Virus record (IMG/VR): IMGVR_UViG_3300027973_000167
Location: 1 to 29,002 of that record
DNA: 29,002 nt
Direction: 5' to 3' (one strand)
From: a virus
Lineage: Duplodnaviria > Caudoviricetes
In this document: positions 8,715-16,713 of the stretch, in pieces
Layout: each line of letters begins with the position of its first letter
Position numbering within the stretch: the first letter of the stretch is position 1
Translations under genes and position numbers: made by a program
The notes under the pieces: model-generated
The model's input: only the letters and a program-made list of their open reading frames with translations
Told to the model about the DNA's origin: nothing
Databases searched by the model: none

Positions 8715-9929
8715 ATGGCAGACACCGACATTTCCAGTGAGCTAACCCCGGCACCTACGCCCGTAGAGAGTGCGCGGGAGGCATCGCTGACGCTGCTCGA
8801 ACAACGCCTGCCGCATGAGCAAGCCAAGGTGCTGAAGGCCGAGCGCAGAGCCAAGGCCAGCGCCAAAGCTGCTGAGCCTGCCCCTGCCCCAGCGGCTAGA
8901 TCAGAAACGCCCACTGCCGATGGCAACGAGGTGATCGACTTTGGTCAGGACGACACTGCCAGCCCAACACTCACCGTGACCTCGGAGGAAGCCGCACCTG
9001 CGGAGCTGACCGACGGCGAACTGGCCAAGCTGGACGACAAGGCGCGCAAGAACTACCTGGACGCCCACAAGGAAGCCGCCAAGATCCGCAAGCGTGCGCA
9101 GGAAGCCGAAGCCAAGCTGGCCGAGCGCGACACCAAGCTATCCGAGGCAGACAAGGAACGCGCCGCGCTCAAGCAGCAACTGACCGCGCTGCAAAGCCGG
9201 GGCCCTGCGCTGGCAGGCAATCAATTTGTTAAATTCACCGATGGCCAGCAAGTGGCCGATTGGGGCCGCAATGCCCAAGAAGCCATAGCGCTGCTGACCG
9301 CGCATGAGCGAGCCATCAAAGCAGGCCGCGCAGACGAGGACGACGCCATCATGCATCAACTGGCCAATGGCCAAGAGATTGAGCTACGAGTCTCTGACCG
9401 TGCCGTGTTTGAGAATCGCATTGCCGATGCACACGCATGGTTCGATACCGACCACAAAATTGGCCAGAACCGTGAAGCCGCTGGCAAGATCGCCGAGCGC
9501 TACGCCAAGACCAAGGGCTACAGCGATGCGCGCGAGGCCTACACCAAGGACCCGGCGCTGCACACGCGCCTGGAGGAGCTGACGGCCAAGGCCGCGCTCT
9601 ACGATACGCTGATGGCGCGCAAGGCCGTCATTACCTTTCCGGACACAGTGGGTGCCACGACCACGGCATCATCCGCCACGACGGCGCGGACTCCTGACAA
9701 AGCCGCCACCAGCAAGCAACGCACCGCTCCCCCCTCTGAAACATCGACCAGCGCTCCACGCATGGTGTCTTCGATGGAGGGGGATGACGCAGCCAATCGC
9801 AAGAGCCAGCTCATGGAGCAGGCGAGGACGGCGAAGAACTACGACGAGCAGCAGAAATACCTGAAGCAAGCCATGATGATCCCCAGTCCAGGCCGCACGG
9901 TCTCGATGCGCCGGGGAAAAGTGGCCTGA
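8715..9929 (+). CDS. Capsid scaffolding protein
   Basis: Acidic low-complexity N-terminus, long coiled coil, Pro/Thr linker and C-terminal helix. Directly upstream of the capsid gene. Confidence 0.75.
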   Translation: MADTDISSELTPAPTPVESAREASLTLLEQRLPHEQAKVLKAERRAKASAKAAEPAPAPAARSETPTADGNEVIDFGQDDTASPTLTVTSEEAAPAELTDGELAKLDDKARKNYLDAHKEAAKIRKRAQEAEAKLAERDTKLSEADKERAALKQQLTALQSRGPALAGNQFVKFTDGQQVADWGRNAQEAIALLTAHERAIKAGRADEDDAIMHQLANGQEIELRVSDRAVFENRIADAHAWFDTDHKIGQNREAAGKIAERYAKTKGYSDAREAYTKDPALHTRLEELTAKAALYDTLMARKAVITFPDTVGATTTASSATTARTPDKAATSKQRTAPPSETSTSAPRMVSSMEGDDAANRKSQLMEQARTAKNYDEQQKYLKQAMMIPSPGRTVSMRRGKVA

Positions 9930-9978
9930 CTCACCCGCGTGGAGACCCAACGAACGCAATCTAACTTTTTGAACGACT

Positions 9979-11208
9979 ATGGCCCAAGCCCTTTCTTCGA
10001 CCGTTCCCGCGCTCCATGAAGATCTAGCCGACGAGCTGGCACTTCTGGACAACGAGAACACCGTTTTTTCCTCCACCGTGCAGAGCGGTGGCAAAGCCGA
10101 AAACTCCTCTTACAGCCGTGTGGCTGACAGCCAACTCAGCGGCCGCCTTGGTGGCGTTGCTGAAGGTGCGTCCGTCACCCGTGCTAACGTGGCCAACCAC
10201 TTCGCCAACCGCGCGAAAATCTGGGGTGCCATCCAGCAGAAGCGCGAGACGTGGGGTGTGTCCCGCCGTGCGCAGAAGGTGGAAAACCCCGCCGGTGTGA
10301 ACAACCTGGAAGGGGAAGCCCGCTACCGTGGCCTGGAGCGCTACAAGCAAGGCAAGGAGCTAACGTATCTCAGCCGCCAGATCCAGAATGACAACGCCTA
10401 CTTCTACGACGACGAAGGCAACCTGAAGCAGGATTACCTGACTATGGGTGCCAGCGGCTGGGTGGACAGCAGCGCGCAGCCCACGGACAGCACTTATCAG
10501 GTGCCTAGCGCTTTCCGCCCCGGCAGCGCGCAGATCATCAACATTGCGACCGCATCCGCCTTCACCGAAGCCAATTTGCGCACGGTGATCAGCGAATGCC
10601 GCAAGGCCAAGCGCCGCAATGTGAAGCTGACCACGTTCTGCTCGGTGGACTTCGCCAATCAACTGGCGACGTTCTTCGACAGCGGCAGCACCAGCGGCAG
10701 TGTCACCCCGATCCGCCGTTTTAACCAGGACGGCACCAGCGGTGAAATCACCAGCAAGCTGACCGGCTATACCACGGCCTTTGGCAGCATGATGGTGGTG
10801 CCCACCGAACTGCTCAACGGCGTGCGCAACGCAGGCAGCCTGGCCGGTGCCAGCACCACCAACACCAACACCACGCTTACTGTCACCAGCACCGCTGGCC
10901 TGCAAAGCGGCATGTTGATCTATGGCACGGGCATCACCGCTGGCACCACCATTAGCACCATTACCAACAGTACCACGCTGGTCTTGTCTGCGGCTGCCAC
11001 CGCCACCGGTAGCCCAACTTTGACGCTGGGCACCAATGACCACGCGCTGTTCCTGGAAATGGAATACTTCTTCGAGATGCTGAACGGCATCGAAGAAGTG
11101 GACCTCTCGCCAGACGGCAGTGGTGCACAGGGCTACATCGAAGAGTTCTTCTCTTTGTACTGCTCCATGCCCAAAGTTCACGGCAAAGCGCACACCGTGC
11201 CATCCTAA
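9979..11208 (+). CDS. Major capsid protein (DUF5309/SU10-like HK97 fold) with inserted beta-domain
   Basis: HEDLAD...NTVF, EG, NRAKIWGAIQQKRETWGVS, YTTAFG...VVP and terminal P..HGK match the DUF5309-type pattern from memory. Follows the scaffold. Confidence 0.85.
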   Translation: MAQALSSTVPALHEDLADELALLDNENTVFSSTVQSGGKAENSSYSRVADSQLSGRLGGVAEGASVTRANVANHFANRAKIWGAIQQKRETWGVSRRAQKVENPAGVNNLEGEARYRGLERYKQGKELTYLSRQIQNDNAYFYDDEGNLKQDYLTMGASGWVDSSAQPTDSTYQVPSAFRPGSAQIINIATASAFTEANLRTVISECRKAKRRNVKLTTFCSVDFANQLATFFDSGSTSGSVTPIRRFNQDGTSGEITSKLTGYTTAFGSMMVVPTELLNGVRNAGSLAGASTTNTNTTLTVTSTAGLQSGMLIYGTGITAGTTISTITNSTTLVLSAAATATGSPTLTLGTNDHALFLEMEYFFEMLNGIEEVDLSPDGSGAQGYIEEFFSLYCSMPKVHGKAHTVPS

Positions 11209-11214
11209 CCCTCT

Positions 11215-11298
11215 GCGCGGGTGGGGACAGCGTGGGCGCTCCTTTCAGCATCCACGCACCCTTCCCCGGTGTTTCCGCCCGCGCGCTCCTTTTGTTTT
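11215..11298 (+). terminator. Branched hairpin plus U-tract after the capsid gene
   Basis: GCGCGGGTGGGGAC (11215-11228) pairs with GTTTCCGCCCGCGC (11271-11284). Inner stem 11230-11240/11247-11257. Followed by TTTTGTTTT. Confidence 0.5.
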
Positions 11299-11305
11299 CA
11301 TTACC

Positions 11306-11812
11306 ATGTGGAATCCTGACACCGCGCCTCGTATGGGGTTTGAGCAACTGGCCCGCCGTTTCGGTTTGGCCAAGGCTCGCCGCATGTGGGCCACGCACGG
11401 GCAGCGCATCGAAGCCGCGGCTGCTAAAGCTGCCAAGCAAGAAGCCGCCTGGGCAGCGGAGCGGCACCGCAAGGGGCCTATCGTCCTGAAGGACGACTGG
11501 ATTCGCCCCCAGTTCCACATCGCCCCCTACACGTTCAAGGCCATGCACAACAGCACCAAGCCGCAGCGCGGATGCGTGGGCGGCGAGGCGCTGGAAGATG
11601 AGGAAACCATTCGTGACTTCCTGAAACGCAATCCGGACTGTGCTCCGCAGAAGATCGTCACCGGCGACATCCGCAGTGGCTGGAGTGCGCGCCTAGAACG
11701 TGCCGCCGTCTTTGGCCGCTGTGAACGCGCCATGCGCCAGATGCAAATCAACCACAGCCTGCAAGCCGCTGCCGCCGAAGGCCGCCAACAACAACCTCTG
11801 ATCGCTGCCTAA
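11306..11812 (+). CDS. Conserved hypothetical protein downstream of the capsid gene
   Basis: ATG at 11306 lies after the hairpin. Contains DEETIRDFLKRNPD, a motif type I recall next to this capsid family. Confidence 0.6.
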   Translation: MWNPDTAPRMGFEQLARRFGLAKARRMWATHGQRIEAAAAKAAKQEAAWAAERHRKGPIVLKDDWIRPQFHIAPYTFKAMHNSTKPQRGCVGGEALEDEETIRDFLKRNPDCAPQKIVTGDIRSGWSARLERAAVFGRCERAMRQMQINHSLQAAAAEGRQQQPLIAA

Positions 11813-11819
11813 ATCATTT

Positions 11820-12083
11820 ATGAATGCTTACGAACACAACGCCAATGCAGGCAACGGCATCGTCATTGAGACCGGCACCACCGCCGTCACGGGCGACTTT
11901 TTCAGCATCCAAGTGCTGGAAGCGGCTACCTTCACCACGTTCACCGAACGCGGGGCGTCGGGTGATGCGATGACCGGCTTTTCCATTGCTGCCGGAACCA
12001 TACTGGAAAACGGCCAAGGCATCACCGCGTTCACGATGAGCAGCGGCAAGGTGCGGGCCAGCCAACGCTTGACCTACTCTTAA
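11820..12083 (+). CDS. Small beta-rich protein, possible virion/decoration protein
   Basis: 87 aa, Thr/Gly-rich beta pattern (TGDFFSIQVLEAATFTT...FTMSSGKV). Confidence 0.6.
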   Translation: MNAYEHNANAGNGIVIETGTTAVTGDFFSIQVLEAATFTTFTERGASGDAMTGFSIAAGTILENGQGITAFTMSSGKVRASQRLTYS

Positions 12084-12107
12084 CAACCTTGCGCCGCGCT
12101 GACTCCC

Positions 12108-12395
12108 ATGCGGACTTTCCACCTGGCTTTGATTGCGTTGACCTGCTTGCTGCTAAGCCAGTGCACGGTGGCGCGCGGCACGGGCTGGACGTATGCCAGC
12201 GTGGGGGCGGATGCGGCCAAGGTGCAAGTGCAGAACGACACGCTGACCATTACGGACCTGAAGCAGTCGGATGGGCTGAAGCATGGCACGCAGGCGCTGA
12301 AGGACATCACCCGCCTGCAAGCGATGTTTGGCTTGGGCGAGACGCTTTTGAATAAGACGCCAAGCATTATCAACTCTGTGCAGACCACCCCCTGA
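12108..12395 (+). CDS. Putative lipoprotein (possible spanin component)
   Basis: Basic N-terminus, hydrophobic stretch and lipobox-like LLSQC. Inside the lysis cluster. Confidence 0.5.
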   Translation: MRTFHLALIALTCLLLSQCTVARGTGWTYASVGADAAKVQVQNDTLTITDLKQSDGLKHGTQALKDITRLQAMFGLGETLLNKTPSIINSVQTTP

Positions 12396-12399
12396 AAAC

Positions 12400-12630
12400 A
12401 TGACGCTGGAAACCGCCCTGCTATCTGCCCTTTCTGCTGTCACCGCCGCTCTGTGCTGGGCGGTGCAACTGCTTTACCTGCGCCTTCAGAAGGCGGAGTC
12501 AACGGTTGAGGCTCTACGCATGGCCTTAGACTCGCTGAACCACGACCACGGAGAAGCATCGGCCAAGGTGGAGATGTATCAGCGCTGCCCGCGCCGGGCG
12601 GATTGTCCGTTTTTTTCGGCGACACCATGA
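12400..12630 (+). CDS. Single-pass membrane protein with coiled coil (lysis accessory)
   Basis: N-terminal hydrophobic helix, coiled coil and C-terminal CPRRADCP. Confidence 0.55.
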   Translation: MTLETALLSALSAVTAALCWAVQLLYLRLQKAESTVEALRMALDSLNHDHGEASAKVEMYQRCPRRADCPFFSATP

Positions 12631-12920
12631 GCAATTTGAACCCACCGGGCTACCGCCCCAAATCGACTGCAAAACTGAAACTGAACCTACCCACGACCAT
12701 GAATGACCTGCTTTACACTCTTGTTTCCACCCAAAAGGGTTGGCTGCTGCGCCAAGCGCTGAAGCTCGCCACGACCGGCGGCACCGCCTTCACCACCTGG
12801 CTGATCGCGCACGGTGTGCCGGTGGACGGCACGGTGCTGTCGGCTGGCCTGGGCACGCTGGCGATTGGCGTGCTGGAGTTTGCGCTGTCCAAAGTCGCCA
12901 GCCGCATTGCCGCCAAATAG
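12627..12920 (+). CDS. Putative holin (alternative start at 12699)
   Basis: Two hydrophobic segments and a basic C-terminus. Directly upstream of the endolysin. Confidence 0.55.
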   Translation: MSNLNPPGYRPKSTAKLKLNLPTTMNDLLYTLVSTQKGWLLRQALKLATTGGTAFTTWLIAHGVPVDGTVLSAGLGTLAIGVLEFALSKVASRIAAK

Positions 12921-12921
12921 C

Positions 12922-13356
12922 ATGAGTCATTCCCAGCGCATCTACGACGCGGCTCGGCGCTACCTGGGCATCCAGGAGACGCCGGGGCCACAGTCCACGG
13001 CTAGCATTCGCCAGTGGATCACCGCAGCGGCGGACTGGCTGGACAAGGATGATTCCAAGACGGCTTGGTGCGGGTGTTTCCGTGGGGCTATCGGCGTTGA
13101 AACGGCAACGGGCCTTCCTAAAGCCCACTATCGAGCCGCATCGTGGGCGACATGGGGCAAACCCGTCGAAATAGCGCGGCCTGACTTGTGGCAGTGCGGC
13201 GACACCATTGTGATGACGCGACCCGGTGGCAACCATGTGTGCCTGCTGGATCGTGTCAGTGGCAAGTATGCCTATTGCCTGGGTGGCAATCAATCCGATG
13301 CCGTAACCATTTCACGTTTTCCGCTGGCGCGCATTACGGCAGTGCGGCGCAGCTAA
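12922..13356 (+). CDS. Endolysin, TIGR02594 family (NlpC/P60-like Cys-His peptidase)
   Basis: ARRYLGIQETPG, DDSKTAWCG (catalytic Cys), RAASW..WG, GNHV (His) and LGGNQSDAV. Confidence 0.88.
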   Translation: MSHSQRIYDAARRYLGIQETPGPQSTASIRQWITAAADWLDKDDSKTAWCGCFRGAIGVETATGLPKAHYRAASWATWGKPVEIARPDLWQCGDTIVMTRPGGNHVCLLDRVSGKYAYCLGGNQSDAVTISRFPLARITAVRRS

Positions 13357-13364
13357 TTTTTTGT

Positions 13365-13724
13365 ATGGCCTACCCACAAACCAGTTTTCAAGATTTGCTC
13401 TATTCCTTGGCCAGGGATGCGGGGCTGAACCCAGACCCGGCGCTCAATGCTGGCACCAGTGACGTGTCAACAGCCACGGAACATCTACTGCTGCACTACC
13501 TGCAAGAAGCAACCAACTGGGCGTGGCGCGAATACACTGTCTACATGGCGCTGCCGTGCACGGTGACGAGTGGCACGCAGACAGTGGTGAACGGCGTGAT
13601 CGCAGGTGGCGATGACAGCGTGCCGACAGGCTACACCTTCACACCAGGCCCGGCGGGTAGCGGCCAGATCCTGGTGACGCGCCACGGCGTGCAACTGGGC
13701 TATCTCCAAATCTTCGACGCTTAA
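13365..13724 (+). CDS. N-terminal part of a head-tail adaptor / tail tubular protein A-like protein
   Basis: SFQDLLYSLARDAG...LLHYLQEATNWAW...LP resembles adaptor N-terminal helices. The last ~40 aa look unrelated. Confidence 0.5.
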   Translation: MAYPQTSFQDLLYSLARDAGLNPDPALNAGTSDVSTATEHLLLHYLQEATNWAWREYTVYMALPCTVTSGTQTVVNGVIAGGDDSVPTGYTFTPGPAGSGQILVTRHGVQLGYLQIFDA

Positions 13725-15568
13725 TGTTTATGAACCGAGTGCTTTCCTTCTTGATCGTGTGTTCCATTGCTAGCCCACTGCTGGCGCAGAGCACTGGCGA
13801 CTACAGTTTCACCCGCAAAACCGCGACTGGCGCGGCGCAGGATTGGCTATCATCCCCGGCAGCGGATCGATTGCTGTTCTATGATTACAGCGCGGGCCGC
13901 GTGGCTTATCTCACGCTCGGCAGCGGATTGAGCATCACAGGCACCACCATCACCAGCAGCGGCGGCGGTGGCGGTAGCAGTTGGGGCAGCATCACGGGCA
14001 CCTTGTCTTCACAGACCGACCTCCAATCCGCGCTGGATGCCAAGCTGGGCACCAGTGCAGCGGCGGCAGCGTATCAGCCTTTGGATAGCGACCTGACTGG
14101 CTGGGCAGCAAAAACGCCGTATGTCGGCACCGTCGTGGTATCCTCCGGCAAGACCTTCACCGCTAGCAACACACTGACACTCACGGCGACGGATGGCAGC
14201 ACGCTGGCCATTGGTGGCGGCGGAACGCTGGGCACGGCGGCCTACACGGCAGCAAGCGCCTACGAGGTGCCGCTGACCTTCAGCACCGGCCTGAGCCGAG
14301 CGACCAACACCATCTCCCTGGCCAACACTGCCGTCACCGCTGGCAGCTACACGTCAGCCAATATTACCGTGGATGCGCAAGGCCGGATCACAGCGGCTGC
14401 GAATGGCTCTGGCGGCAGTCTGCCCAGCATGACGGGCAATGCGAACAAACTACTGACCAACAACGGCAGCGCGGCAAGCTGGACAGCAGCGCTCACCGGA
14501 TTAACAACGGTGGCACAAACGGACCTGCACACGCTGACGAGCACCAGCAACACTATGTCCCCAGTTAATCGGATCCTATTGGAGAACTTACAAGCAGCGG
14601 TGGCTGACACTGCAACCGGATTAGCTGATGATCAGCAGCGAACCCCGTCTATCAAGTTCAAGGCAAATTATTGGAATGGCTCAGCGTCGGTAGCCAAGAC
14701 GGCGGAAATCTGGGGCCAAGCAGTGAGTGATGGAATCCATCTCAATATTGACAATTTGATTCTGACTCAAACCGCCATGTCGTTTGGAACGAATGCAGGT
14801 TCATCCTCTGCCAACTTTAATTTCGGAAAAGGCAGCAGCGACAACAGCTTTACGATCAGCACAAATGCTGGCGCGCATGATTTAGCCTATATTTGTGGCC
14901 AAACAATGCGGTTGAATTTATCAAACAACAACATCGAGTTTAACAACGGAAACACGGGCGCTTCCACTTTTAGTGGCACCGTGCTTTTTAGCCAAGCAAC
15001 GACATTCAGTGCGCTAGCAACTTTTAACGCGAGCCTCACTGCTAACACAGCCACCATCAGCGGCCTAGCAACGCTAAGCTCTGCAACGCTAAGCTCAACT
15101 GCAACCTTTAACGGTGCAGCTACATACAACAGCACCGCGACATTCAACAGTGGCCTGACGACCGGCGCTGCTGATGACATCGCTAGCGGTGGTGCCGTGA
15201 CAAGCAGCAGCGCAACGGCTGGCATTGGCTACGCTACGGGAGCGGGCGGCACGCAGACGCAGAGCACAAGCCGCACGACCACGGTGGCTTTTGCAAGTCC
15301 CGGCAAAGTCTGCGGCAGCATTACAACCAACACAACCAGCTTAGCAGCTGCTGCTGAAGCCGCGTTCACCGTGACCAACGCAGCCGTGGGTATCAATGAC
15401 ACCGTGGTGCTTTCCATCCGTTCAGGTGCCGCAACAACGACTATGGCCTATGTGTCTGCCGTGGCAGCGGGCAGCTTTCAGATCACGCTGAGCAACTTGC
15501 ACGCAAGCACTGCTGAGACTGGAGCCATTGTCATCAACTTTGCCGTCATCAAAGCCGTCACCAACTAA
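13724..15568 (+). CDS. Tail fibre/adhesin-like protein with signal-peptide-like N-terminus
   Basis: Fibre motifs WGSITGTLSSQTDLQSALDAK, QPLDSDLT and TAGSYTSANITVDAQGRITAAANG, hexapeptide ATFN-type repeats, and a C-terminal beta domain ending INFAVIKA. Confidence 0.75.
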   Translation: MFMNRVLSFLIVCSIASPLLAQSTGDYSFTRKTATGAAQDWLSSPAADRLLFYDYSAGRVAYLTLGSGLSITGTTITSSGGGGGSSWGSITGTLSSQTDLQSALDAKLGTSAAAAAYQPLDSDLTGWAAKTPYVGTVVVSSGKTFTASNTLTLTATDGSTLAIGGGGTLGTAAYTAASAYEVPLTFSTGLSRATNTISLANTAVTAGSYTSANITVDAQGRITAAANGSGGSLPSMTGNANKLLTNNGSAASWTAALTGLTTVAQTDLHTLTSTSNTMSPVNRILLENLQAAVADTATGLADDQQRTPSIKFKANYWNGSASVAKTAEIWGQAVSDGIHLNIDNLILTQTAMSFGTNAGSSSANFNFGKGSSDNSFTISTNAGAHDLAYICGQTMRLNLSNNNIEFNNGNTGASTFSGTVLFSQATTFSALATFNASLTANTATISGLATLSSATLSSTATFNGAATYNSTATFNSGLTTGAADDIASGGAVTSSSATAGIGYATGAGGTQTQSTSRTTTVAFASPGKVCGSITTNTTSLAAAAEAAFTVTNAAVGINDTVVLSIRSGAATTTMAYVSAVAAGSFQITLSNLHASTAETGAIVINFAVIKAVTN

Positions 15569-15578
15569 CCATGTCACT

Positions 15579-16082
15579 ATGAGCACCGCCCTTGCAGATT
15601 CTGACTGGGTTTCCTTGTGGACCTCTGACCCGCGCCCTAGCACCAGCACGGCACAGCGGGTGCCATTTTCCCGCGACGGCGATGGTTTGCATGTGGATGC
15701 CACGCTGACAGAAACCTTCGCCTTCTGGCGTCTGCTGCCACCGGAGTGGACGGTAACCCGGCTGGACACGACACTGACCTACGCGGTGGGCGCTCGCGTG
15801 TTCGACGCTGCGGGCACGGGACATGTCTATGTGGCGCTGGAAGCCGCTGCGCCGGGTAACAACCTGGCCGATGATCGGTGGGAGCAAGTAACGCTGCCCA
15901 CCTGCCTACGCCGCGCTGTGCTGCACTACGCACGCTATCTGTGGCTGCAATCCAAGGACCTGCCCAACAATGCCAGCACCAAGCTGAAGCTGGCGCAAGA
16001 GGCGCTGGATACCGAGCTGTTTCGCTCGCTGGGACCCGAGGTGACTAACCTGCCTTGGCTGCAAATCAACCTTCAACGCTGA
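15579..16082 (+). CDS. C-terminal part of a head-tail adaptor-like protein
   Basis: SLWTSDPR, a carbohydrate-binding-like insert (TYAVGARVF...VYVAL...W), then LPTCLRRAVLHYARYLWL...A...L..E helices typical of adaptor C-termini. Confidence 0.5.
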   Translation: MSTALADSDWVSLWTSDPRPSTSTAQRVPFSRDGDGLHVDATLTETFAFWRLLPPEWTVTRLDTTLTYAVGARVFDAAGTGHVYVALEAAAPGNNLADDRWEQVTLPTCLRRAVLHYARYLWLQSKDLPNNASTKLKLAQEALDTELFRSLGPEVTNLPWLQINLQR

Positions 16083-16088
16083 TCTACT

Positions 16089-16706
16089 ATGGCCCGCACT
16101 GCATACGTTTGTCTAACTGACGGCGCTTACCAATCCGTGAGTAACTACACGGCGGTGGCGGAAGAATTGCTGGATGCCTATCAAGACGGTGGGAATTACC
16201 GCGACCTGTTTAACTACCCGACAGATCAAGGCAGCGCCGCCTCTGGCATGAATGGCGTATTTTACCCCGCCGATGGGGGTACCTATGTGACTGGGCTGGC
16301 TACGGTGGCCCGTATCAGTGATGAGGTGGAGCATGAGCCGCCCCGGCCCGAGGCCCGGAAACACACGCGGCTGCGGTTCTTTGTCGATGCAGGCTACACG
16401 GTGGCCAGCATCGATGTCAGTGGCAACTGGATCGGGCTGCCATCCGGGCATGAGGTAAGCGTGGGCGACCGGGTTAGCCTGCGCTCTACCAGTGCGGTGC
16501 CGGGTGGCACTAGCGCCAGCACGGGCTACTACATCATCGCGGTCAATGGGAATCTGGTGCTCATTTCCACCACGTCCGGCGGCAGTGAGGTCAACATCAC
16601 AGATGTGGGCAGCGGCACCATCACGCTCACCGCCCGCCACAAGATCGCCGATTTCAAGCCGGGCGAATGGACCACCTGGAGCAACGCCGCGCCGCTGCGT
16701 TTCTAA
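16089..16706 (+). CDS. Putative tail/virion protein with inserted beta-barrel domain
   Basis: Segment HEVSVGDRVSL...PGG......YYII......L.ISTTSGGS.VNITDVGSG resembles small beta-barrels repeated in phage structural proteins. Confidence 0.6.
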   Translation: MARTAYVCLTDGAYQSVSNYTAVAEELLDAYQDGGNYRDLFNYPTDQGSAASGMNGVFYPADGGTYVTGLATVARISDEVEHEPPRPEARKHTRLRFFVDAGYTVASIDVSGNWIGLPSGHEVSVGDRVSLRSTSAVPGGTSASTGYYIIAVNGNLVLISTTSGGSEVNITDVGSGTITLTARHKIADFKPGEWTTWSNAAPLRF

Positions 16707-16713
16707 ATGACGC

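Noticed and set aside
10360-11193. 277 aa minus-strand ORF, and similar antisense ORFs across the window
   Set aside because: Antisense shadows of GC-rich genes with biased codons, with no recognisable motifs.
13606-15597. Intron explaining the split adaptor (CAG/GT...CTTGCAG look-alike)
   Set aside because: Spliceosomal signals are irrelevant in a phage. I saw no group I/II structure, maturase or homing endonuclease, and the insert encodes a fibre.
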